A stretch of 64,000 nt of DNA from a virus. The notes beneath the pieces are model-generated. The model worked only from the letters and a program-made list of their open reading frames with translations, did not search any database and was not told where the DNA came from. Made by a program: the position numbers and the translations under genes. The stretch covers positions 44,529 through 108,528 of the IMG/VR virus record IMGVR_UViG_3300015171_000002; one strand, given 5' to 3'. Of this stretch, positions 1 to 9,360 are shown in pieces. Numbering within the stretch: position 1 is the stretch's first letter; every line of letters begins with the position of its first letter.

Positions 1-11
1 GTAATATCTGT

Positions 12-482
12 TTGGAAATTCTAACAGACCTTTTATCACGAAAATATGAGAATGTAGATCATTATCTAAGAATAATAAACCGAGAAAAAGATAAACTTGC
101 GAATGGTAAAGTAGATTGGCATGGATTATTAATATCTGCTAGGATTGGTAAAGCTCTGAGTGAGTATCAAAATGAAAATGCTTTATGTCATGTGCGTATA
201 GCAAGACGCCTCGCCGCCAGTGGTAAATATATTCCGGCTTATTCCACAATATCTTATCTGATTACAGATGCGAGTGCCGACCCAATGGAAGGAATTGCCG
301 ACGATGAAGTTAATGAAAATTCTGAATATGACGCAACTTATTATTGGAATCAGATTCTCATTAAACAGTTGGAAAGTTTATTAAGTCCAGTATTCAAAGA
401 GATAGATTGGGAAACAATTAAGTTTCCACGTTATTTGAAACGAACAAACTATTTCACACTTAAATCGAAAGTGAGTTTATAA
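12..482 (+). CDS. Hypothetical protein, probably the 3' part of a gene starting upstream of the window
   Basis: ORF at the window edge; no recognisable motif. Confidence 0.5.
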   Translation: MEILTDLLSRKYENVDHYLRIINREKDKLANGKVDWHGLLISARIGKALSEYQNENALCHVRIARRLAASGKYIPAYSTISYLITDASADPMEGIADDEVNENSEYDATYYWNQILIKQLESLLSPVFKEIDWETIKFPRYLKRTNYFTLKSKVSL

Positions 483-483
483 A

Positions 484-825
484 ATGAATGCCAGAGAGAA
501 ACTTTGTGATTTATTTGATTTACCATATATTACTGATGATGAAACTCTTTTTGATTGCGCTTTGAAATATACAGAAGATTCTACTGAAGATTCTGATATT
601 GAAATCGAAGAATTAGAAGAAAAGAATGAAAAATTATCAGATGATAAAATAGATTTATTATATTCTAATAAAAAATTACAAATGGAATATAATGAACTGA
701 GTGCAAATTATAAATTAATCGCGTTTACATTTCAGCGATATGTAAGTGGTGATTCGGATATTATAGATGAAAAAGTTTGGGAACTACCGATTTGGGAAGA
801 ACTAAGAAAAGAGAGTGAAGAATAG
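484..825 (+). CDS. Hypothetical acidic/coiled-coil protein
   Basis: 113-aa ORF tightly coupled to its neighbours. Confidence 0.6.
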   Translation: MNAREKLCDLFDLPYITDDETLFDCALKYTEDSTEDSDIEIEELEEKNEKLSDDKIDLLYSNKKLQMEYNELSANYKLIAFTFQRYVSGDSDIIDEKVWELPIWEELRKESEE

Positions 826-839
826 TAGGAGTAAAAATT

Positions 840-1844
840 ATGGAAAATATTGACCGTTTAGTAGTTGATTTGAATAAAAGTTATGTGGGAACTGGTCTGA
901 CACAAATGATTAGAAAAGGTTCTGAGATGCCGCCACTTCGAACATTTCCCACTGGAATTCCTACATTAGATTATGATTTAGGTGGTGGAGTCCTCTGGGG
1001 CCGAACATTAGTAGTAGCCGGTAACGCTGGAACTGGTAAGACTTCATTAGCCTATCAGACTCTAGCGCAAGCTCAAAAATTAGGAATTATGGGTTTTTGG
1101 TTTGATACTGAAAAAGCTTTCGACCGGGATAGAGCCGCTAAATTTGGTGTAGATATTAATAATCTATATGTAATTAATAATGATGAACTAACCGCAGAAA
1201 CCATGTTTGCCTTATTGAGAGATACTATTCGAAGTGTAAAAGCTCAACAAGATACTAGGGCGATTTTTATTGTAGATAGTTTAGCTGGTATTCAAATTGA
1301 AAATATGTATGAAACCGATGCAGGTCACGTTATGGCTGGAAATGCTAAAGCTATTAATCAGAGTGTAACGGTTTGGAATATTTTACTTGCGGAAAACCAG
1401 ATTTTATTTTTAATAAATGAATTACGAGATACAATGAGTTCAATGGGTGAACAAGATGTAATGCCTGGGGGCCGCGCCCAAGAATATTTTTCCAGTCAAA
1501 CGCTTTGGACAAGAGCCGGTCAAACATTAAAAGAAGGTACGACTCCCGTGGGTCAAGAAATGAAATGGACTATTAAAAAGAGTAGAAGTAGTCCACCAAA
1601 AGAAGTTGGTTTGATTAATTATAATTATAGAACTGGGTTTCAACTCGGTGAAAATTTAGTAAGTGTGGCTTTGGAAATGCAACTATTAGAACAATCTGGG
1701 GCATGGTTTACTGCTCCAAATGGTGAGCGTTTTCATGGTAAGGAAAAGTTAGTTGAAAAACTTATGGAAGATGCTGCTTTTATGGAAGATTTAAAAATTA
1801 GAGTTTATTCATTAATGCCCATCAAGAATTGGGATGGTAAATAG
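840..1844 (+). CDS. recA: RecA/UvsX-like recombinase
   Basis: Walker A GNAGTGKT, FDTEKAFD, IVDSLA, LINELRD, PGGRAQEYFSS and SGAWF motifs; AGGAG SD upstream. Confidence 0.95.
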   Translation: MENIDRLVVDLNKSYVGTGLTQMIRKGSEMPPLRTFPTGIPTLDYDLGGGVLWGRTLVVAGNAGTGKTSLAYQTLAQAQKLGIMGFWFDTEKAFDRDRAAKFGVDINNLYVINNDELTAETMFALLRDTIRSVKAQQDTRAIFIVDSLAGIQIENMYETDAGHVMAGNAKAINQSVTVWNILLAENQILFLINELRDTMSSMGEQDVMPGGRAQEYFSSQTLWTRAGQTLKEGTTPVGQEMKWTIKKSRSSPPKEVGLINYNYRTGFQLGENLVSVALEMQLLEQSGAWFTAPNGERFHGKEKLVEKLMEDAAFMEDLKIRVYSLMPIKNWDGK

Positions 1845-2391
1845 TACCAAAGTCCTATTGACGATAATCAAAAATTATAGTATTATGTCTAATAGAGGTG
1901 ATGATATGCCAAGTGAAGAATATTATAAAAAAGAAATTATCAGAGTCCGACAACTATTAAATGATGCATGGTATGATAGGCCAGATTATACAGGATCAAC
2001 GGAGAAAAAAATGCCAGATAGTTTACAACCCATAAAAGAAAATTATTTTCAAACCATGAAAAGAATAAATCCAACTTTATATAATTTGTTTGAAAAATGT
2101 GCTGAAAAAATAGTAAAAAAGAATCATGACTACGCCGGAGAAGGCGATTTTTATAAGAACTTTCGAAAATCAGAAAGAACTAAAGTTCCAGCGTGGCATG
2201 GTATTTTTCTGCGTTTTCAAGATAAAGAAAGTCGTATTGAACAATTTATTAATACTGGTATTCTAAAAGTTGAAGATGAGAGTATTGTAGATACTCTGGT
2301 CGATGGTGCTAATTATCTTTTGCTTATGTGCGCCTGTTATTTAGATGATAAAAAAACTAAGGAAGTTGTAGATCAACGAGATGCCGCGTAA
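1834..2391 (+). CDS. DUF1599/Nmad1-like nucleotide-modification-associated protein (true start probably ATG at about 1906)
   Basis: KNHDYA...NF...RFQDKESRI...ESIVDTLVDGANY pattern. Confidence 0.6.
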   Translation: MVNSTKVLLTIIKNYSIMSNRGDDMPSEEYYKKEIIRVRQLLNDAWYDRPDYTGSTEKKMPDSLQPIKENYFQTMKRINPTLYNLFEKCAEKIVKKNHDYAGEGDFYKNFRKSERTKVPAWHGIFLRFQDKESRIEQFINTGILKVEDESIVDTLVDGANYLLLMCACYLDDKKTKEVVDQRDAA

Positions 2392-2695
2392 ACTATCGGA
2401 TAGAGAAGAGAAGTATCTAAAAATATTAGGTGCTGATCCAACTATAAATAGTGGTGCAACATTTGGTGATGGTGATGGTGTTATTCATGGTGACTGGAAT
2501 TCCTATGGTATAGAAGTAAAAGCTACAGATGCTAAATCCTTTTCTATAAAATTAGATATCTGGAAAAAGATTGAACATGAGGCCAATAGAATAAATTTAG
2601 AGCCTATTCTAGCCATTGACATTCAGGGTAAAAGATTAATAATTATGGACGTAAATGAATTTAGAAAGTTAGAGGAATATTATAATCATAGATGA
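2381..2695 (+). CDS. PD-(D/E)XK Holliday-junction-resolvase-like nuclease
   Basis: SGATFGDGD...IEVKAT motif; follows recA. Confidence 0.7.
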   Translation: MPRKLSDREEKYLKILGADPTINSGATFGDGDGVIHGDWNSYGIEVKATDAKSFSIKLDIWKKIEHEANRINLEPILAIDIQGKRLIIMDVNEFRKLEEYYNHR

Positions 2696-3081
2696 CAGAT
2701 TTAATTATACCTAAACGTAAAATAACCAGACGTTCAGCTAAAGGTAAAGGACGTGGTTTTCAAAAGGATGTGGCGAGACAGATTAGAGAATATTTTGGAT
2801 TATCTGATAGTGATGTTAGAAGTACTGCCGCCAGTGTTGGTGGAGAAGATATTCTATTTTCTGAACTGGCTAGAAATACATTTCCTTTTAGTGTGGAATG
2901 CAAAAACCAAGAGCGTGTAAATATTTGGGCCGCAATTGAGCAGGCAAATAAAAATTCTAAAAAATATACTCCACTTGTAGTTTTCAAAAAAAATCATTCA
3001 GAAACATATGTTACCATAGACTTCGAAGCATTTCTAGCTTTGGTAAAACATGGTGTAGAAAGCATGAAGCCAATAGAATAA
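2692..3081 (+). CDS. Second PD-(D/E)XK resolvase-like nuclease (T5 D14-like)
   Basis: KGKGRGFQKDVA...GEDI...SVECKNQE...PLVVFKKN. Confidence 0.75.
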   Translation: MTDLIIPKRKITRRSAKGKGRGFQKDVARQIREYFGLSDSDVRSTAASVGGEDILFSELARNTFPFSVECKNQERVNIWAAIEQANKNSKKYTPLVVFKKNHSETYVTIDFEAFLALVKHGVESMKPIE

Positions 3082-3339
3082 TATGCTAAATTATACAATA
3101 AAACAAATGATGATAGCTGTGGGGCTGGCTAAGGGTTTGACAAGAATTGAAATTTGTCGAGTAGGTGGTTGTGATAATTCTTATATTACAAAAAGTCTAA
3201 AACGTGACGAATTTAATTATTTAATTAAAAAATTCAAAAATCTTCCCGAAGATAAAGATACAAAAGAATATAAAGGTATTAGTACACTTTATATGGAAAT
3301 TGGAAGATTACTTTATACCGAGGGAGAAAACAGAAAATA

Positions 3340-3981
3340 ATGAAAAATAAATATTGTGTTCATCGACATACTATTGATAGTCACCCCAATTGTTTTTCTA
3401 CACTTTGGTATAAGAAACCTAATCAAAGATTGGGGTATTTAGATATTGAGTCGAATGGTTTAGATGCTAATAATGGGCGTATGTTATCCTGGGCTATTAA
3501 ACCTTATAGAGAAAATCAAATCAGTTCAGACTATGTTAAATGGGATGATATTTTTGAAAAACCTGGATTGGTAAATAGAGAATTTGATAAACGTCTTGTT
3601 ATGAGTTTATTAGCTGAAATGCAGAATTATACTGGTTTTGCTACATATTATGGAACAGGTTTTGATATAAAATATATTCGTGCCAAAGCTATGCAATACG
3701 GATTACAATTTCCCCGATTTGGTGAAATGGGACATATAGATTTATATTATCAAGTTGTCGGCAAAATGAAATTATCTAGAAATTCTCTAAAGGTTTCTAC
3801 TAAATTTTTAGGTATTAGTGGTAAAACAGATTTAGATTTTGAATACTGGCAACTGGCATGTTTAGGTGATAAAGAAGCTATGTCGGAATTATTAGAACAT
3901 AATAAACAAGACGTTATAATTCTTGAAAAACTTCACCGTGAGTTGGAGCCTTACGGTAAATTTGATCGTAAATCATTATGA
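3340..3981 (+). CDS. RNase H-fold 3'-5' exonuclease (RNase_H_2/DnaQ-like)
   Basis: LDIES, YYGTGFDIKYI, HIDLY and HNKQDV catalytic motifs. Confidence 0.85.
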   Translation: MKNKYCVHRHTIDSHPNCFSTLWYKKPNQRLGYLDIESNGLDANNGRMLSWAIKPYRENQISSDYVKWDDIFEKPGLVNREFDKRLVMSLLAEMQNYTGFATYYGTGFDIKYIRAKAMQYGLQFPRFGEMGHIDLYYQVVGKMKLSRNSLKVSTKFLGISGKTDLDFEYWQLACLGDKEAMSELLEHNKQDVIILEKLHRELEPYGKFDRKSL

Positions 3982-4193
3982 GTAATTTAAAATATGAGTG
4001 TAATGAAAGCTATTTTTCAGTACCCAATATTGAAAATTCCTATTGGGCTGGATTTATAGCGGCAGATGGATATATTAATGATAGGTATGATTCATCTATC
4101 TCTTTATCTGGAAAATATGCTGAGAATATTTTAAAATCTTTGCTATTAGTTAATGTGCCAAGAATGGAGAGAAAATGGAATCAGATACAATAA
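3978..4193 (+). pseudogene. Truncated LAGLIDADG homing-endonuclease remnant
   Basis: SYWAGFIAADGYI first helix motif, but only 71 aa. Confidence 0.65.
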
Positions 4194-4409
4194 ATCTATC
4201 TAGAGAACAAATACTAAAAATATTAGAATTTTGGTCAGATGTAGGTGTTATAATAATAGATGTGACCAATAATGAGAAAATATATCCTGGCGGCACACTA
4301 AAATATATTTATGATAAAGAAACTGATATCATAAATATAAAAGGATTATCTAATCAAGATATGAATTATATTGGAACATTATCAGATTTTCTAAAAGGAC
4401 ATACTTTTT

Positions 4410-4838
4410 ATGTTACTAAAAGTCAAGAAATTGATAAAAGAAGCAATTATACCAACACGCGCAAAACATGGTGATGCTGGATTTGACTTATTTGCCTTAT
4501 CAATGGGATTTAATTCTAATTTCGTTGAATATTTTACTGGATTAGCGATAGAAATAGAATACGGCTATGTCGGGCTAATATTTCCGAGAAGTTCACAAAG
4601 TAAATATGATCTAGTTCTAGCTAATTCTGTCGGAGTGGTGGATAGTGGTTACAGAGGAGAAATATCTGTTCGTTTCAAGATGATAGAAAGTAAAGGTGAA
4701 CGAGCTAAAATTTATAATGTGGGTGACAGAATAGCTCAACTCGTTATTTTAGAATTACCGGGTGTTGTCTTACAAGAAGTAGATAAATTATCTGAATCAG
4801 AACGTGGTATTAATGGATATGGTTCAACCGGTCGCTAA
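4410..4838 (+). CDS. dut: Trimeric dUTPase
   Basis: GDAGFDL, RSS, GVVDSGYRGEI, IAQL and RGINGYGSTG motifs. Confidence 0.97.
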   Translation: MLLKVKKLIKEAIIPTRAKHGDAGFDLFALSMGFNSNFVEYFTGLAIEIEYGYVGLIFPRSSQSKYDLVLANSVGVVDSGYRGEISVRFKMIESKGERAKIYNVGDRIAQLVILELPGVVLQEVDKLSESERGINGYGSTGR

Positions 4839-4893
4839 TTTATAATAAATTCAACTATTTGACAAAAATCATAATTTGTGGTATAATATAAAA

Positions 4894-5430
4894 ATGACGC
4901 AAGAAATAGCCAAAATAGATGAAATTTCCGAAGAATCGGTCAAATTTTTTGATTTAGTTACCAGACAGGGGATTAAACCTGTCGAAATAGCTAATTCTAC
5001 TGGTTATTCTCTTAAAACAATCTATAATAGAATAAATCGTGGTCGTGAGATTGTAAATGAAGAAATTCGTAAAAATAAACCACAAATTTTAGCCGATCTT
5101 TGGAATAAATATGAGTATCTTTGGGAACAAGCTGATACGGAATGGAAAGCTAGTAAAGACCCTGCATTTCTAAAACAAATGCAATCCGTATTAGAAGCTT
5201 ACAGAAAGATGTTAGCCGTAGATGATGCACCGAAAGCACCGGTCAATGAAAAGGGTGAAACTGTTCAAAATACAATGGTTCTAGTTTTCTCTGAAGATGC
5301 TTATGCTAAAAAAGAAGCTGAATTAATTGAGTTGGAAAAAGAAGAAAAAGAAAAAGCAATTGATGGCACTTTTACCGTAACTGAAACTAGTACTAAAGTA
5401 CCATTGTCAAATGATGAAAACGGTTTATAA
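4894..5430 (+). CDS. HTH protein, candidate terminase small subunit
   Basis: N-terminal HTH-like segment (PVEIANSTGYSLKTIYNR), helical middle and acidic tail; its promoter resembles the TerL promoter. Confidence 0.45.
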   Translation: MTQEIAKIDEISEESVKFFDLVTRQGIKPVEIANSTGYSLKTIYNRINRGREIVNEEIRKNKPQILADLWNKYEYLWEQADTEWKASKDPAFLKQMQSVLEAYRKMLAVDDAPKAPVNEKGETVQNTMVLVFSEDAYAKKEAELIELEKEEKEKAIDGTFTVTETSTKVPLSNDENGL

Positions 5431-5453
5431 TGTTGTCAAGTTCGAAAATTTAT

Positions 5454-5531
5454 GTGGGCGTAATTGCACACGCTTCTAACGTGTACGCGAATAATTGGAT
5501 GTAAATGCGGGTTCAACTCCTGCCGCTCACA
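5454..5531 (+). tRNA. Atypical tRNA-Arg(UCU)-like gene with no D-arm in the normal position
   Basis: Acceptor GTGGGCG/CGCTCAC; stem ACACG/CGTGT with loop CT-TCT-AA; T-arm GCGGG-TTCAACT-CCTGC. Confidence 0.75.
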
Positions 5532-5534
5532 CTA

Positions 5535-5614
5535 TCTAGGTATATTAGAATTGTCTTCGAAACAATACTCGTATAACGGAATGAAAATGTGGGTTCAAAT
5601 CCTACTACCTAGAC
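5535..5614 (+). tRNA. Atypical tRNA-Arg(UCG)-like gene with no D-arm in the normal position
   Basis: Acceptor TCTAGGT/ACCTAGA; ATTGT-CTTCGAA-ACAAT; T-arm GTGGG-TTCAAAT-CCTAC. Confidence 0.75.
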
Positions 5615-5757
5615 AGAATTATATTCTCGCATTTGTGCGATAAACAAACCGTCTGTCTGCTTACGGGATATGGACAAATCTATAAAAACAGATTGGCCTA
5701 GACTGAGCCAGGAAAGAAGTCGTGTCCTATCTTATCGGTGGAAGGATAAACCGATAT

Positions 5758-5830
5758 GTACCTATAGCTCAAATGGCAGAGCAAGAATCTTTTAAATTCG
5801 AGGTTGTGGGATCATGGCCCATTAGGTACA
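5758..5830 (+). tRNA. tRNA-Lys(UUU)
   Basis: GTACCTA/TAGGTAC acceptor, canonical D-arm, loop CTTTTAA; degenerate T-loop. Confidence 0.85.
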
Positions 5831-5832
5831 CT

Positions 5833-6225
5833 ATGTTACCAAAACAAAAAGGTGAAATTACCGAAGCTATTATTTTAGCCAAGTTTATCGAACGTGGTGA
5901 AGTAGTTTTATTGCCGTGGGGCGATAATCAACGTTTTGATATGGTTCTATATAGAAATAATAAATTTATTAGAATTCAATGTAAAACTGGTAAAATAGTA
6001 AATGGTACAATAAGATGTAATGCAAAAAGTACTAATTGGAATACATTAGAACATTATGATTATAAGGGACAGATAGAATTTTTTGCTATTTATTGTCCAG
6101 ATAATAAAAAATGTTATATGATATCTGTAGATGACGTTGGAATAAGTCAAATTTCTTTAAGAATAGATATTCCTAAACATGGAAATCAATATTCTTTCAA
6201 ATGGGCAAAAGATTACGAAATATAA
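5833..6225 (+). CDS. PD-(D/E)XK homing endonuclease (I-Ssp6803I-like)
   Basis: KQKGEITEA...PWGDNQRFDM...RIQCKTG motif; the ATG follows the tRNA directly, and the ORF-track extension to 5722 overlaps that tRNA. Confidence 0.85.
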   Translation: MLPKQKGEITEAIILAKFIERGEVVLLPWGDNQRFDMVLYRNNKFIRIQCKTGKIVNGTIRCNAKSTNWNTLEHYDYKGQIEFFAIYCPDNKKCYMISVDDVGISQISLRIDIPKHGNQYSFKWAKDYEI

Positions 6226-6229
6226 GTAT

Positions 6230-6302
6230 GTACCTATAGCTCAATTGGTGGAGCAGATTACTCTTAATAATAAGGATATGAGTTCGAGACTCATTAGGTA
6301 CA
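6230..6302 (+). tRNA. tRNA-Lys(CUU)
   Basis: Cloverleaf with loop CTCTTAA and T-loop TTCGAGA. Confidence 0.85.
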
Positions 6303-6306
6303 CTAT

Positions 6307-6377
6307 GTTTTATTGGTCTACTGGAAGGACGATAAACTCTCAATTTATAGGCGGCAGTTCAATTCTGCCATAAAACA
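6307..6377 (+). tRNA. tRNA-Glu(CUC)
   Basis: GTTTTAT/ATAAAAC; ATAAA-CTCTCAA-TTTAT; GGCAG-TTCAATT-CTGCC. Confidence 0.85.
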
Positions 6378-6487
6378 CTATGTTATTTACTGGATTAATT
6401 ATTTTATTTTGTGCAATTGGTTATAAAAGTTGGATATTATTTTTAGTTGGTTTATATGTTATAACTAGAACAGATAAGAAATAGAAC

Positions 6488-6558
6488 GCGACATTCTTCT
6501 ATAGGTAGGAATTCTGACTTTCAATCAGATAGATAGGGTTCGAGTCCCTAATGTTGCA
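6488..6558 (+). tRNA. tRNA-Glu(UUC)
   Basis: TCTGA-CTTTCAA-TCAGA; T-loop TTCGAGT. Confidence 0.9.
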
Positions 6559-6744
6559 CTAGAGAGTGTTTTTCTAAACTCTTGAATCGGGCCAAAAGGT
6601 GAAATCGTAGGCTGTGGGGTTATCATGTGAAATAACCGGCTTTATCTTGTTTTACCAGAATAAACGAGCGTTATAGGTCAAATAAATTCGATAATGGGAT
6701 ATTGACTTTCTTCATAGAATGGTAAGATTAAATTCTATAAATAT

Positions 6745-6816
6745 CAGGGTGAGGGAAAAATGGTAATCCGTTGCGTTTGGGGCGCGAAGAAGCTGGATCG
6801 TTGCCAGCCACCTTGA
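6745..6816 (+). tRNA. tRNA-Pro(UGG)
   Basis: CAGGGTG/CACCTTG; loop TTTGGGG; T-loop ATCGTTG. Confidence 0.8.
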
Positions 6817-7607
6817 CCTATCAGATAATCTAGAATATTCTGAAAATGTATCTAATCATACCAAAATTAGCGGTTATCGTTTTCTCGAAAATAAACGAGG
6901 TTTGTCTACCAGCTTGTCAACGATAGACTATCTTAACTAATCAAAGTGGAAGGATAAACTTTAGATTTTTTATAAGGAATAATATGTTACCAGAACGAAA
7001 ATTAAATGCTCAACAGAACGCTATACTACAACTTTCTGCAATTATAGCAGCCGTACATTTCGAGACAAATGATGCAGTTACTAAACAGTTTATTACTATG
7101 ATGGCTAGTCAAGTAGCGGCAGAATATCAACAGGATAGCCAAGACCCATTAGCTCCATCTTTATTTTTGCCGGTTAAACTAACTGAAGTTTTTAGGGATG
7201 CAATGGCTAAGATGCGAACAGGTTATGAACTTGATTTAAAATCTCAAAAACTGGTGCATACCATATCTAAAAATGGCAAAGGAAAAAATGACTAGACGTT
7301 GTAGTAAATGTGGTTTTGAGTGGGATGGTAAAGATACAGAATGTTATAATTGTGAATCAGAAGAAACTTATATCCTACCAGACAGTATTGATTTAGAAGT
7401 TTCATTCGGTAATATAAAAGATAATAAAATTTTAACTAAGAATTTATTAACTGGTGATAGTTTAAAACGTAAACTAAAAGAAAGAAAATGATATTCTCAA
7501 TTTGTTTTATTTTATTAGGTTGGTTATTTGTTGGTTCTTATAAAATAATGATGGGAATATTAGAGGGAATATTATTTGCAGGTTTATTTGTTTTGAATAG
7601 AATATTC

Positions 7608-7703
7608 GGGTAGATGGCTGAGTCCGGCTGAAAGCGCCTGTCTTGAAAACAGATAATCGTATTGAATAAATATGGTTCGTTGGTTCAAATCCAACTTTAC
7701 CCG
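7608..7703 (+). tRNA. tRNA-Ser(UGA)
   Basis: Loop CTTGAAA, long variable arm, T-loop TTCAAAT, G73. Confidence 0.9.
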
Positions 7704-7708
7704 CCTTT

Positions 7709-7795
7709 GGAGAGTTGACAGAGTGGTAATGTGCTAATTTGCTAAATTAGAGCCGCCCGTAAAAGGGTGCATAAGTTCGATACTTATACCCTCCG
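7709..7795 (+). tRNA. tRNA-Ser(GCU)
   Basis: CTAAT-TTGCTAA-ATTAG, long variable arm, G73. Confidence 0.9.
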
Positions 7796-8363
7796 CTGAA
7801 AGGAAATATTATCATGGGAAAACTAAAATTTTGTTCCTGTTGGATGTGTAGAAGTGGAAAACATACTCCATATGGAAAATGTCTTATAAAACAAGCCGTA
7901 CATTCCTGGCGGCAAGAAGTAAGAATAAAATTAAAAATGGGTGATTACGATAATATTCCTGAATATAAAGCAGTTGGATATACAGATTAGTTATATAATA
8001 TGTCAAAAAATAATGAAGAAGCTGAACATGAAGCCGGTGAGCATGTAGATAGTATTCTTACCTTTTTTCGTAAAAGAGAAAAAATGTTAAATTTCTATGG
8101 TTTAGAAATGCAAGACTTTCTTTTTATGGAAGCTATGGTAAAAGATACTGAATCTTTACCATTACATAATTTATATGCTATGGCTATGATTAATAATGAA
8201 TCTCTTGAAATAGCAGATATTAGTGATGCTAGACATTTTATTAGGGGTGCAATTCTAGGATATGCGTTAGGTCTAAAAAATACTTGGCCGGATTTAAATG
8301 GTGATGATGGAAAAGAATTACCTGGAAGTGATGAATTAATTCCAACTTAATGATTGGATATAC

Positions 8364-8434
8364 AGACTGATACGATAACGGTAGTCATTCAAACTCCAAA
8401 TCTGAAGGTGTAGGTTCAAATCCTACTCGGTCTG
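8364..8434 (+). tRNA. tRNA-Trp(CCA)
   Basis: Loop CTCCAAA; GTAGG-TTCAAAT-CCTAC. Confidence 0.85.
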
Positions 8435-8962
8435 CCTATGTTTTTTGAACAATTACCACAATATATACATATTATAATAAGTTTTTTGACCTTTTTACCA
8501 ATTATATTAAAGCCTGTTCTAACACTTTTAGCAGTTGCTTTATTTGGTATTCATGCATATAAAAAAAGAGATTGGGAAAGTTTTGCCTGGTTTGTTATAA
8601 TAATTGTGTGGGCTATTTAGGAATATAAAATGTCTTGTCAATATGATAATACCAGAGTTGGAGCAATAATAATATTAAGTAATGCTGGTGCGACTTGTTT
8701 CGAATGTAATACACACTATGATTTACCAGATGGAACTATAGCTAAATATGTAGGACATTTCGAAGAAAGCGTAAAAGTAGCCAAATTAGAATTATATCCA
8801 CCTTATAAAAATTGTTCGGGTTGTGGCAAAGAAATATATGGTTTACAGATTATTTGTGATAGTGGTAGTTTAGAAGAATTGTTCTCTAAAAAAGAAGTTG
8901 AACAGGATATTACAAGTGCAATATCCAAAGAAATGTTATAAAAAATATAGTAAAATAATTAT

Positions 8963-9033
8963 GCGCGTGTTCGAACAAAGTAAGTTCATCATTCTGTGAA
9001 AATGAAAATGGTGCCTCGAACGCCCACATGCGA
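8963..9033 (+). tRNA. tRNA-His(GUG) with degenerate T-arm
   Basis: CGCGTGT/ACATGCG; D-arm GAAC/GTTC; TCATT-CTGTGAA-AATGA. Confidence 0.7.
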
Positions 9034-9360
9034 CTAAAAACAATATAAAAAAGGATAAAACGTGAAAATTATAGTTAGAGCAAGCAATGGTGAGAATATG
9101 TGGCTTGATTATAGAAAATCTCTGGAAATAAAAATCTCAGAAGAAGATAAAATAACAAGACGATTAAGTTTTTACGATGGTGAGCCAGAGGATAATAACT
9201 TAAATAGAAATTTTAGTGATGTTTATTCTATTCCTGGCCTGATGCAATTAGCCTTTGAAGCCGGTAAAGCCGGTCAAACTTTTGAAATTGTAGAAGAAGA
9301 GCCTGAAAAGTAGTACTACGGTACTATAGACAAAACTGAATATCTGAGTAAAATAAAAGA

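Noticed and set aside
5722-5832. ORF-track N-terminal extensions over tRNAs (also 6179-6373, 12259-12339, 12942-12995, 13263-13292, 37694-37756)
   Set aside because: These segments are tRNA sequence; the real starts are the ATGs just after each tRNA.
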